A stretch of 64,000 nt of DNA from Paragordius varius. Its lineage: Eukaryota > Animalia > Nematomorpha. Each line of letters begins with the position of its first letter. Within the stretch, counting starts at the first letter, position 1. A program made the translations under genes and the position numbers. Below the pieces are notes generated by a model. It worked only from the letters and a program-made list of their open reading frames with translations, did not search any database and was not told the DNA's origin. Below, piece by piece: positions 1 through 12,800 of the stretch. The stretch covers positions 5,952,001-6,016,000 of the forward strand of contig OZ176052.1 in the NCBI GenBank assembly GCA_964247055.1, read 5' to 3'.

Positions 1-42
1 TAAATTATACTGTATTTTTACAACTATTTTTTTGCTATTCAG

Positions 43-3000
43 ATACAATATATATGGTTTATCTTAATCACAGACATATTGTCTTTAACAAGAATGTTTG
101 TTAAATAGGTGTATTTTATCATCCATATTGATATTCCTTTTTAATATAAAGCAGAAATTAAAAATGAAAAAAAAATTTATAATATTGATTTTTGCACATT
201 TTTATGCATATTCTTGTGTTTACTAGGCGTTAATATAATGATCTCTCTTTTACAATCTTTAACACATATTAATAATAATTCAATTTAAGAATCTTTTTTA
301 TGATAATTCTTAAAGAATATTGTATATTATATGGTAAATATTTTAAATTTAAGACGCCTTTTTGAGTAAATGGCAATTATGTTTTGACACTTTATTATTA
401 AAATTGGCTCAAGGTACAAAATTTAATTGTATAATTATTTTACGGTTCATAGATTTAATAAATATAATTTAATGTTAATTGTAATTAGCCTGGTTATTGT
501 TTTTATCATTATAAATTTTAGTTTTTTTTTCTCTTTTTTACAGTATCTGTTAAGAAATAGGTTTTATTTTAAAAACCTTTTTGCCATTAGACAAGCGCAT
601 TACTTGCAACATACCCTTGATTTGTAAAAAAATATATGTTGCTTATATGTTAATACCTTTTGAATATAGCTTTCTTTGGCTAATGCATATCTTTACCTCA
701 CAATTTTAACGACCATATCTACGCTATTGGGTATGTATGGACTCATAATTATATTTCGAATATCAAAACCACATTTACGTGAACACAACATTGTGATCAA
801 ATTTATTAGCGTTCAACTTGTACTGATATTCAGTAATTTGCAAGGGTCAGTTTTGGAATTGCTAACGACCAAAGATATATTCCCTTGTAGTCCTCCGTTT
901 TCATCTAAAACTAGAGGGCTTGGTAAGGATACTTTTAATTTAATATACAAATTTTAATTTAAAAAAAGTTGTTAGTATAGTTAGCTTTCATCACAATCTT
1001 TTTTGAGAGTGATTTTTATATTGCTTGAATGAGTCACACTACAAATTGTTTCACCATTTTTTGAAATATACGTAGGACTTGAAAAAAAGATAGAAAAGAT
1101 GGTTAATGCAAAAGTCGTTATATTACGGATTTTAACAACTGTTATTACAAAACATAACCAATCCGTTAATTACCATTACAATAATTATCATATTACGCAA
1201 AATACCCTTAAACCGATTTTCAAAACATATTATCATTTATGTCATTGAGGAAAATATAGATATAATCTGCCAATATGGCACAACCATATTCTAATTTATA
1301 TTTTATCATAAGGTTTTTCACTCAATTCTCCTTTTCTTATAAGAATGTCTCTTCAAAAATTACCTCATACATTTGATTAATTATTTCTTACCAAATATTT
1401 TCCTTGTAGAACTAAATCACATGCTCTTGATCTTGGAATGCTTCTTGTTAGCTACCATCCTACATCATTATTATCGCAAAGAAGCTATGCATAGTCGAAT
1501 CAAATCCTCAACAACTATTTCGACTTTTGGTGACCATAATATCAATAATAAAAGCAAGAACAATAGTATTGTTGCAAACAATATTGTATTACAAGACGGT
1601 TCTACCGCATCAACGTTATCAACGACTGAGGAGAGTGGAGAAAATACGATTGGCGGTTCACCTTACCCTGCTCATCATACATATCATTATGATGGGCAAT
1701 ATGGGTGAGTTTTTTTGATTTGATATAAAAAAAATTGTGAAAGCGGGACCAATTAAAAATTTGGCAATATCCTTTATCCTATATCCCATATTTAACCAGT
1801 ATATATCAAAAATTTTAAGTAAATTTATTATTAAAACAAGTCGTGAAAAGAGATAAAAAATTATTTTAATAAAAAAGAAAATTAAAATTGATCGGTCTGG
1901 TATTTAAAAAGTTTTTTGAGAATGTGAAAAGTGTTATATTGGTCAAACGGGTAGAAAAATTATTGCACGAATAAAGGAGCATCAAGCTTGCCTGAAAAAT
2001 TCTAACATAAAAATAGTTCGATTGCTGACCATGCTTTGGACTATGGACACGCAATTAATATTAATGATATAGATTTTATCTTTATTAACCATTACAAGGG
2101 GATAGTATTAGGGAATCATTTGAAATTTTTAAAAATAGTACAAACACCTTTAAGAAATTTTTCATGTTGAACATGGATACAAAGGTTTAATTTTAAGTTT
2201 ATCATTCTTATTTCTGGAAAAAAATAAAAAAATATCTTATGAGTACAGAAAAAAAGATAAAAAATTATTTTTCACAAGCCAAAAGTCCTCACAAGAAGTG
2301 ATAGTTTTATTCTATATATTTAAATATTGTAATTAATTTTAATAATATGCGTTTGTTATATAATAACAATGTTTTAGTACAGGGGAAAGGGTTTCACGGG
2401 CCGCATTAGAAATACACATATATGCATTCATAAATAATTTATTAGATATTAAACATAAGACTGTCAATGCAGCACAGTAAAATAATTTTGAATACATTTA
2501 AGCAAGAAATATTGATTTTATTAATGTAAGCATATTTTTGCTCGCGTTAGACACCCCTGTTTTAGTGTATATTCGGTTCCAAAATCATGCAATTGTTAGG
2601 TCATTTTCAATTTCAACATATAATTTAAATTAAACAAAGTAAATTATTACATTATTTAGATAGGAATGCTATAATAATTATTTTTTAAACAGTTTGGCAA
2701 TTATTTGAACTTGCGTGCTTGAATATATTAAATAAATTATCCAAATATTTGAAATATTAATATCTATTGATTCCAGTCCAATAACATGTACTTTTAATTA
2801 CAAGCTTAATTTTATCGTGTTTGGCATTTATTATTTTTATATGTGTGATTCAGCTAAAATCCGTGAGATGGAATGTATTCCAATTTATATATATTTATAT
2901 AAATCTGTTTTATTTTTATGATAAAAAAGTCTTTAATATATATTTAATCTAATGTAGAAATATAATATTGCGTGCAAATTTATTTATCAATTTTGGTGAT

Positions 3001-4747
3001 GCATTGTTTTTTCTCGTGTGATACGGTAAAGTGTTAAACCATTTTGTTTAAATTAGATAATTCATATCTGCGGGATCATATGTTTAAAAATTTATATAAT
3101 ATTTTATTTTTAGATTTAATCTTGGATGGATGGATCTCTGTTGTCAAGGGGTCCCTTGGCATCAGAGATTCATCCAAATCTTATGAAAAATAATTTTTAT
3201 GTTAACTTTTTATATATTGACTCCTTAATAATGCATATTTTTTACGAGAAAAGCCTTAATTATTTTTTTTATAATTTATCTAAAATATAACCAATTTAAA
3301 TTCCATAAACATTATTTTATTATAGGTATCATGTACAGAATGATGGAATAGACCATGAGACATCTTTCGATACATCAAACGAATATTTTGCTCCCGGTGT
3401 CCTAAAACATAAAGCTATGATGGCTAAAAGGTTGGCCAAATTATATTTGTGTCAATTTAAATTGTATTTTTGGAAAAAAAATTTTTTGACCCTTCCCCTT
3501 TCATGATAAACTTTTCAATAAAAACAGCACCTCTACAAATTACAGACTGCTAATCATAGACCTTTTCAATTTCTAAATCGGGCCTTAATAACCCTGAGCA
3601 AGCTGAAGCTTTCACAGTTCTGATACAATTTAAACCCTTACTCTTTAATAAAAAAAGGAAAAAGGTGATTCTAAGCCGTATTTTGCAGTTAGAATCGTTA
3701 AATCTTCTTTTATACTTAAGTTAACATCAATATTACTCAAAAACGAGATCATTTTTAATTTAGAAAACCCATTAAAGCATCTTTGCTAACATGATTGCGA
3801 TTTCAGTATAAATACAGCTCTGGTTTTACTCCCAAATTTTAATATTTTTTATGGATAAAAAACTACTTAAAATACTCATTTTATTGGCTTGTTATTACAT
3901 AAAAATTGATACATACCACAAAACGTAAAAAAATAAAGACAAATATTTTTTTGTGGGAAATATATATCCAAGAGTGTTTTAAATTTAATTTTCCATATAA
4001 TTTTATAACCTTAAAATTATAGGTTAGTTATGGTTTAAAAATGATAAAAACATATGGTTGTGTTTACTATTAAAAAATGTTTCGTTTTTATGTTTTGTTT
4101 TTTATAATTTTTTTACTGTATGATTGCCAACTAAATTCAATAATTTTATGAGTAAAATTTGTCTTTTTTTTTTTAAAAAAAACTACTTAAAAAAATATGG
4201 GTTTTTTCTCCTAATACCCTTTTTATCTTTGAATCACCTAACTACATCATGCTTATGCTTACTTTTTATTATAGATTAGCTAGGGAGAAAAGATTTAGTG
4301 ACCCTGTGAGAAAAGCTCCTCCATTTCGTTTTTCATTAGCAGCTTGCGCAAACGCCACTGCTCTTGAGGATATGAATAAACTTCGAAATTTACATGGAAC
4401 TTTTGCACATCATCCTTTACATCCAAACGGTTTGAATTTTTTTTCCAAAATAATTTATATTATTATTTGGTGGTGATTTAAACTATATATGTACCATTTG
4501 CAATTCGAATTCACCCCCCGAACAATTCAGAACTAATATAACTCATTATTAATATGAAATATTATATCTTTATAACATAGGTTATTTTTTCTGTATATTT
4601 TAATTCAAAACAAAATTTCATTTTCTAAAAATATATAAAAATATAGGTAATTAATCTTAAAAAACATATAATTTATTTGAGGGTGTATTTGTATTGTTCG
4701 AGGGTGAATATGAATTTAAGGGTGAATTTGAATTGTTTAAAGGTGAA

Positions 4748-4798
<51 letters not shown>

Positions 4799-7700
4799 GA
4801 TAAAAAAGTGATGTTTGAAATATTTATTAAGAAGCATTTTTGATGGATTTCATCTTTTTTCATCTAAATATTTTTTCTCTTTAAAATGCTTGAAGACACA
4901 TTTAAAGCCGTAGAACATAAAAATTTTATATTTTATTTTTATTTAATTAGATGCATTTAAAGATGTAGATCATGAAAATCGTATTAACTACAAACAATTA
5001 TCCGACCACTCCAGAACAGGCACACCGCATTGTCTTAATGATGTGATTGCTCCTTCACAAAATTTAAGTTTTGTACATGAAAGCCATTCACCGACAATTT
5101 CTGCTTCTACCGGTATGGATAAAAATGATTTGCTTCAAAAAAGTTTTGGGAACAATGAAACAATCATTCAGCCAGATATAATACCAATGACCCAAATAAC
5201 GTGGGATAGTCATTGCCAATACGATAAACCCGAACAATCCTCTCCAGAAAGTAAATTTTTACTTATTTGGTTGTGCAAAAAACTATGATTAACTACTCTC
5301 TTTTTTGGATTTTCGATTGAAATTATTAAATAACAGTAATTATTGCTTAATGTTTCCTTTTTCTTCAGCTGGTATATATAGATATTTGTAAACAGTGATT
5401 TTGAGACCAATATGCCAAGAGTGTTCAAGCGGCCCTCCAAAATATTTTTGCAGCCTGCGATAAATTTCCAAAAATATCAAATAAAAAATTTTCTAATTAA
5501 AATAATGGTATATACAAATTCGAAGTAAAATTGATATTGTTTAAACAAATTTTTAGAATGCATCTTTCAAAGTTTGTTAATGAATTAGCAAAAATTGTTA
5601 AACTAAATGGTAATATAATAAAATATTTGTTAACCCCCATAAAATTTTCGTATGCGACCCGCGAAACCATTTGTGTTGGGCATCTCTACAATATACAAAC
5701 AAAATAAATTTTATAACATACAGATTTCACTACGAATGAAGAGTCATATTGTGATAATCCTTCTCAACTCCAATGCAAAAAAGAAAAACAGTACTACTCA
5801 CATCCTAAAGATGATCAATGTATAATACCCAACAAGGGCTTAGTACATCCCAAACCTAGTCCAGCCCATTTTTTTCGAGATCTGCTAATTTCTCCGGCCC
5901 GAAAGCTAACTCTTGTCAGTGTTTTGTTGGCTGAAAAAGACAATCCCTCATATCTCCAAAAGTACGTATCCGCAAACCTTATGTCAAAATGTTTAAATTT
6001 ATGTATTTTTTAAGTATAGGTACAAAGATGAAATATTAAATATGTGGTATGGTTCCCGATTTTAACTAATATGTTTATTTTGTAGCTAACTAACACTTCA
6101 TACATTTTTTGTTGTATTTTTGGTTGTGTAAAAATAATACTCTTTAAATACATATTAATAATTGTAATATTGATGCCAACAAAATTGATTTTTATTTAAA
6201 CAGCAAAAATATTTTGTTTGATAGATTAAATAAACGGAGTACCACAAAATCGAATTCAAAAACTGTAAAAAGACGACACTATAGTGTAGATGAGACGCGT
6301 ACCAGACACAAACCACAAAATGTTGACTGTGATAAAGTGTTAGGACCTACGCCTTTCGCTAAAAATTTGGATACGAATGCGAAAAGAAGCAATCTTAAAA
6401 CAACCAATAAAAACTTTTTATCCTTAGATGAGTACGGCGTTGGTAAAATTCCCACGGGAGTTAAAGAAGTTTATGACAATTTTGGCCAACAAAATTTAGA
6501 AGCTCCTTTCAATTCCCTAAAAAATGACGACCAATCTAAACAACCTCAATTACAAAAAGCAAACAATTATTTTAACAATGCATCATTACCATCACCTAAT
6601 ATATCAAATGATATTGTGCCCTTAAAGACAACAATATATCCGTCCGGTGAACATTTAGTAAATTATGGATCTGTCAATCGTTTTCCAGAAGTTGTTTCCT
6701 CCAGCAATGTCCATAGAAACTTTAATGAAAATGCTGAAGGTGTAATAAAAGATGATGAATGGAAATATCATGTTAATAAAATTTTGGATACTCATTTAGT
6801 TCACGATGATGCCAATAAAAGAACACCAACAACATCATCATTAAATTATGGTGAGTCACCTTTTTGTTCCTTTTAAATATATTGTTTATAATTTTTGCAT
6901 ACCGTTTTTTTCGGAGTTTTATAGTAAAAGATATTACAAAATATCAGCCCCAAATATATGTAAAGTAATTTTTAAAATCATATTCTTTCCATATATTCTG
7001 CACCATTTTAAAGTCCTTTTTGACTAATGGATACTTAAAACATATTTTTTTACTGATTTTTTTACCTTTATAATTTGTTTTTAACAACTGTTTAGGTTTG
7101 GAAAATCGTAATAATAATAATAACAGTAATATTAATAATAAATACAATCGACATGATTATGGACAAAAAGCCAATTCGAAAAGTGTTAAAGACCTTCCTA
7201 TATATAAAACTCCCACAAATATGACATCACTTTCATCATTTATAAACACGTATGGGTTTTTTTATATCTATTTTTTCCCAATTTTTTATTCACATTTATA
7301 TATGTAAATATCCAACTTTAAATTATATCTGTTTATGGTTTATCAATTTTTTGCTTTTTTCCTCGATATGGAAACAGTAATTTTGGTAACACTTTATCAC
7401 CCTTTGGAGTAGCCTTATATGCCACGGTGATTAAAATTTGAATATTTTAAAATGTATGTAGAATATTGGGCCAAATTTAAAAATATGCTTTCGATAGCTT
7501 TTAGTCGCATGCATTTTTTTTGAATTCAAACTTTTTCGCCTCCAATTTTTTCTTTGGATTTCTTTAATCCCTAATACAACAATCAAATAAGTGTATATTA
7601 TGGTTAAAAATACAAATAGAAAGTTTCAAATTGCATTTTACCAGCAAACTCTTGGTATTTATTGATTTTAAAATCAGCTGTTTGGCATAATCGCGTTTTT

Positions 7701-8120
7701 TAGCTACTCCAATTTGGAATAGAAGTTGAGTAAAAAAAATATGAGCTTTTTTATTTAATATACGGGAAAAGAATGTTTGATAATTAAATTTTACCCAAAA
7801 CAACTCTTTAAAACAGAAGTTTATTTTAAGTTTAGGCTCTGCGATATAAAACACCCCAAATGTAATCGGCCACAAAAAATAAAATGTTAAATAGAGTTAA
7901 TATTCTATATTTGATTCGAAAATTAATTTCGTTAAAAAGAATAAAAGTCTCACTTTATTCAATTTTATTTTTATTTATTAAAGGTTAATATAAAGATGCG
8001 AAATTGAATATTTTTCAAATAAATACATTTTATATCTTTTTTAGATATTCTAAGAAGATTTCAAATTATCGTGCTATGGAAAACGATGACAATAACACCA
8101 ATAATAAGATTTCGCCTTAA
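43..8120 (+). CDS. SLC51A: Organic solute transporter alpha (OST-alpha/TMEM184 family)-like protein, 5'-partial, with a predicted long disordered C-terminal tail
   Basis: Exons 670-922 and 1410-1704 give LYLTILTTISTLLGMYGLIIIFRISKPHLREHNIVIKFISVQLVLIFSNLQ...PCSPPFSSKTRGLELNHMLLILECFLLATILHHYYRK. This matches the OST-alpha C-terminal half (human, recalled: ACSPPYSSKTRSQVMNCHLLILETFL..YYRR). Phase-consistent GT-AG exons continue: 3326-3430, 4275-4429, 4951-5250, 5724-5961, 6204-6850, 7096-7249, 8045-8120 (TAA), giving 740 codons from 670. Upstream exon 43-95 is tentative and the 5' end lies outside the window. Confidence 0.82.
1750..2200 (+). mobile_element. Penelope-like retroelement fragment (decayed GIY-YIG endonuclease), intronic
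   Basis: Translates as DRSGI*KVF*ECEKCYIGQTGRKIIARIKEHQACLKNSN../SIADHALDYGHAININDI, the PLE GIY-YIG signature (YIGQTGR..RIKEH..A.H...GH). Contains stops and a frameshift. Confidence 0.85.
2380..2559. mobile_element. hAT-type MITE (~180 bp)
   Basis: Ends CAGGGG...CCCCTG with subterminal GGGCCGC. Flanks TTTTAGTA / TTTTAGTG form a 7/8 8-bp TSD. The interior is shared with the copy at 8843-9084. Confidence 0.75.
4492..4752. mobile_element. MITE family A (TA-flanked TACCATTT termini, subterminal CAATTCAAATTCACCC repeats)
   Basis: Inverted ends with repeated ~20-bp subterminal units. Homologous copies at 14548, 21289, 23220 and 42804. Followed by a (TA)n run at 4751-4796. Confidence 0.8.
5410..5690. 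mobile_element. hAT-type MITE remnant
   Basis: Contains GCGGCCC and ends ...ACCCGCGAAACCATTTGTGTTGGGCATCTC, closely similar to the 3' end of the copy at 63122-63395 (CCCCGCGAAGCCATTTGTATTGGACAGCC). Confidence 0.55.
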
Positions 8121-8842
8121 AGTACAAGCCTTGGGTGAAATTGGCTGAATAGCTTTAATACAAACTTTATGTGCCTTAAAGCATCATATTGTGTATTTAA
8201 TAACATACTCTTTTTGCTATCTTAAGTTTTTGCCTTATTTCTCTTGATTTAAAAACTAATCATGCAAAATTATTTTAGTAAATAATATTATTTACAATAG
8301 ACGAATCTTGACGACTCATTTTTGATTTATTTAATTTTACAATGCAAAATTCAAGTGCTCTGATCAATCGCCTTATATATATATATATACATATAACGCT
8401 TTTTATTTAGATTATATGTATATATATATATATATATATAATAACGTGGTTTAAATATACATATGTATATTATATGTTTATTTTAATTCAATTCAATATG
8501 TTAAAAAACTATTTTATAATTATTGAAAATTGTTTTAAATAATATTATATCTATGCTATCCAAAATTACTACCCAGTGCTAATACCCATAAAATTTATAA
8601 ATATATTATATATATTGTGCATATAGTAAATTTTATGAAACAACGCAACTTTTAATACATCAAATGCCAATCTTGATTAACAGTAAAAAAATTAATTGAA
8701 TTAATTATTTTTTGCATATATTTATTGGTGGTATAGCCTTTTTATTAATAAAAATCATCAAAAACAGCACGAACGAATCTATGATTAATTATAAACCTTA
8801 GAATAAATATAAATTTGGATGAATTTGCTAAAGATGAAACCC

Positions 8843-9084
8843 ATTGGAGTTTCCAACGCAAAAGGCTTGGCGGGCCGCATTTTCGACACGGCATTTTATG
8901 TACATTTGGGCATTAATAAATATTTAATTTTAAACATAAGATTGTAAAAAGCAAACAAAATAATTTTAGTTCGTTGCCTGCCAATTGGATAGATTTAATA
9001 AAGCGTAATATGAATTTTATTAGATTATGTGAGCATATTTTTACAAAACGTAATGTTTCCAAGGGCCGCGTGTTGACACCCCTG
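8843..9084. mobile_element. hAT-type MITE, second copy of the 2380 family
   Basis: Shares GGGCCGCATT...TAAACATAAGA.TGT...GCATATTTTT and ends GGGCCGCGTGTTGACACCCCTG. Confidence 0.7.
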
Positions 9085-9371
9085 TTATAAACGTTCGATA
9101 AAATATACTTAAAAAAACCAAATTGATAATTTTATCGATTGACATTCTAATTTTTTTTATTATCCAAAAAAATCAGCTCTACCAAATAATAAAACTTTGA
9201 CTTATAAATATAATGAACCATAGCAATTTGTACAACTCTATCGAAAAATGTGCTTCGCATAAAGGTTTAGGGCTTTTATTTCTTTTGTCACGTTCAAAAT
9301 AAAAATCGCATTTAAGCAACGATTTAAGAATGATATAAAACCGATGGAACAAGTAGAGGAAAATATTTTCA

Positions 9372-9407
<36 letters not shown>

Positions 9408-9419
9408 ACATAAAATATG

Positions 9420-9960
9420 TTGCACCGGAACGGGATCAAACCTTAATTTAGATATTAATATTTGAATAATATCAGCATTTCACCAAAAAACTAGGGTCCG
9501 GCATGTTTTTCGTAACCGTTGTGTTAGGTAGAAACCAGAAACGTGCGGACCCGTTTTTAAAACCGACAGTGGGGTTGTTCTAGTATATTTAAATATTCTT
9601 GAATAAAAGATATTTTGCCGATATAAAACTAAATTTTTGTAGTTTGCTATATTGTGGAAATTTTGTCCACATTTTATAAAATAAATGGCTATTCGTTAGA
9701 AAAATGGAACTTAAATCAAATCATTTGGTTAAAAAGACTTAATTGTAAATAAAATTTTGAAAAAATAATCTTTTTAACAAGAACCATTCCATTTTTTTAT
9801 AAAAACGGAACGAGAGACAAAAAATAGGATTTAAAACCAATGCATGTACCTTAAACCGGTTAAAAAAAACAGTGGAATTGGAATCAAAATCTTTTTGTCC
9901 AAAATTATCCTAGGAACCAAAACCGGAGCTTTTTCGACTAAAACCGTTAGATTTAATAAA
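9420..9960. mobile_element. Degenerate copy of the GGAACC-repeat hAT-like family C, just upstream of presenilin
   Basis: AAACCGGTTAAAAAAAACAGTGGAATTGGAATC at ~9853 matches the family C left end at 53672 (GAACCGGTTTAAAAAAAGTGGAACCGG) and the reverse complement near 37540-37578. Confidence 0.5.
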
Positions 9961-10158
9961 CGTAATTATTTATACTTTATAATCGCCATGATTAAGTTGG
10001 TAACAACTATCGTTTTAAAATATACCAATACTGTTTAACCCATAAACAAATAATTGCATTTTTTGCTATTTATAGTTTCAATGGAACCTTAAAAAGAGGC
10101 TTATATGTGCATGAAATAATAATAAATTTAGAACACCAATATAGAATAATTTTTAGAC

Positions 10159-12625
10159 ATGGCTGATAAAAATTACACCGCTTCTATGGTATTGAAACTT
10201 TATACACCTATATTGGTTTGCATGTGCTTAGTTATACTGAATATTAAAACAGTATAATATTTTTTTGTTTATAAAACAAGATAGGATGGTTTCAAATCAA
10301 AGATACCTATATGGTATATACACCTTTTCATGAGAAAACAACCGAAACCAAAACTCTGATTTGGCAATCATTAGCAAACACAGCTATTTTTTTATCCGTT
10401 ATTATATTTACAACTTTTGTGGTCGTATACCTGTACAAATATGGATGTAAAAAGGTTTTCTTTATATTATATTAATTTTATTTTATCAAGTATAACAGCG
10501 CGTAACAAACCCAACCTAAAAGACATATTAAAATAAAATAATAGCCCTGTAAATTTTAAATGAAATTCATATTAGCTATTAGTAGATGTGTGTAAAATTA
10601 AACCTATTCACTAAATAATACTTAACAGTGTGATGTGTGGCTTATATCACCTTATTACATTGATTTTAGGTTATCATCACTTTATTGGTAATTTCATCTG
10701 TCCTAGTTCTAATTTTCGTGTATTTCCAATATTTTTGTGAAGTGCTCAACACGTTACAATGGCCATGCGATTGGATCACCATGGTGATATTTGTTTGGAA
10801 CAATGCTGTTTTAGGCATGATCGCCATATTTTGGAAAGCACCATTAATACTTCAACAAATTTATCTCATATTTAATTGCAATCTCATAGCTTTGTGTTTT
10901 ATTAAATTTCTTCCGGAATGGACGTGTTGGCTGTTACTAATTGCAGTTTCTGTGTGGGACATAATAGCTGTACTTTGCACCAAAGGTCCCCTTCGAATTT
11001 TAGTAGAAACTGCACAATCAAGGGGAGAAGATTTATCAAAATTTCCATCTCTAGTTTACAGTTCAATGGCTTACCTTACAATGTCCCTGAACATGTCAAA
11101 CCCAAACAATAGCAACTCTGTATTGATCTGCTTTTACCATACATTTTTTTATAATTATATAATTTTAAAAAATGGTTAAATTTGGTAGTAGAAAATTTAA
11201 ATTTCATTGCAGTTGCTACTTAATTTAATTTCTAATATCACATACTAATAATCAGTGAAAAAATATAGCTAAAATTATCCGTAAAAGGTATCGAGCAAAT
11301 CCACCCAACCAAAAAATCTTAAAATGACTGAATCAACTGATGATAATTCCACGATAAGTTATAAGGATAATGAGTCAAGAGGACCAAAATTGGGTTTAGG
11401 AGATTTCGTTTTTTATGGAATTCTTATAGGTTTGTAATAATCCTATTAATTTTTATATTTTTTATCGTGATTTTAAAAAAATTATTAAACAAAAAAATAA
11501 CCCCTTATTTTTTTGAAAAAACTTTATTTAAAATTAATACTTTGTCTCAGACTTAATTTCCAATAACACTTTGTCACTGATCACCGTAACAATTAAGATT
11601 GTTAAATAGGTAGAAATATTTTTTAGACTCCTTAAATTAATTGATACCCGTTAATTCGATGTCGAATTTCAAGACTAATGATATAATATTTTTTTCTGAA
11701 TTTCATCCATTAATTCAGTAGAGGGACCCCTTATCGTTTACCTTTCATTACTAGCAAGTAATTTTTCCATCCCATTTGTTTTCATACCATGAATAATTTT
11801 CTTTTTGATTAAAAATAATATTTTGTCGGTACTAATTTTGTCGAACCACTTATTAAATAATCCATGCATAGTCATTGGACGAAAGCGTTCAAATATCTGC
11901 AGATAGTATAGTTTATGTGTCGGAATCATACATGATTATTGGTGTAATCAGACTATCAATTTAGAAAAAAAGGAGTTCTTTAAAAATTAATATCACAACA
12001 AAAACGCTATTATCGCGTTAAAAGCTCGTAACAGTTATAGGATGACTTGACATATAGTTCCACACAACTTGATTATTTTAGCGAACTGAATCGGCCATTT
12101 ACAGATACATATATATGACTATAATCTTTTTTTGCGATGGAAATAAATACAGACAAGCATGGTTAATAAATATGGATCATTGAATATTCTCATATTTATT
12201 ACCATTCATTTTTATTTTCCAGTTTTTAAAAGATATGGTAGGGAAAACATTTTAATAAATATATTATGGTAAATTAATTCGAAAATAATCACACTTTTCT
12301 CCAAAAAGATGTTAGAACGTAAAAGTCCATTAATTAACACTTGATTGATTAATGAAAATCCTCAATTTTAACCGAATATTTGCAATATTATTTTTGCGAT
12401 GCTTTAGGTAAAGCCGCGGAGAGCAATGATTGGAACGTGATCATACCCTGCATCATAGCCATATTAATTGGGCTAACGTTAACTCTCATCCTCTTAGTTA
12501 TGTGTAAAATGGCTCTACCAGCTTTACCACTTTCAATTAGTTTTGGCGTAGTTATCTACTTTGGATACTATTATATAACGAGTCCATTTTTACAACAATT
12601 ATCACAAGACAATTTCTTTATATAA
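10159..12625 (+). CDS. PSEN: Presenilin (gamma-secretase catalytic subunit), 358 aa
   Basis: Exons 10159-10251, 10281-10454, 10670-11119, 11288-11429, 12408-12625 (1077 nt, in phase). Motifs include YLYKYGCKK, IKFLPEWT, catalytic WD in VSVWDIIAVLCTKGPLRILVETAQ, catalytic KLGLGDFVFY and ALPALP. Confidence 0.97.
11740..11930 (-). mobile_element. Degenerate non-LTR (CR1/L2-like) reverse transcriptase fragment in a presenilin intron
   Basis: FDKISTDKILFLIKKKIIHGMKTNGMEKLL resembles the RT segment AFDKVxHxxLLxKL..GI.G...WI..FL. Confidence 0.45.
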
Positions 12626-12800
12626 GATGAGACAAACATCTATCTTAAATGGCAATTTACGCGAAGAATATTATTTTTTCTGCAATATTGAACATCCCTG
12701 ATATAAATATTGACAATTTAAAATCTTTGAGTCATATTTATAATATATAAACGATAATCATATAAATATTTTCTTTGCACAATACCACACATTATATATA

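Noticed and set aside
427-627. 66-aa ORF next to the OST-alpha exons
   Set aside because: It does not resemble OST-alpha and no donor gives the phase 0 needed to join exon 670; probably intronic, although a strong acceptor at 543 remains unexplained.
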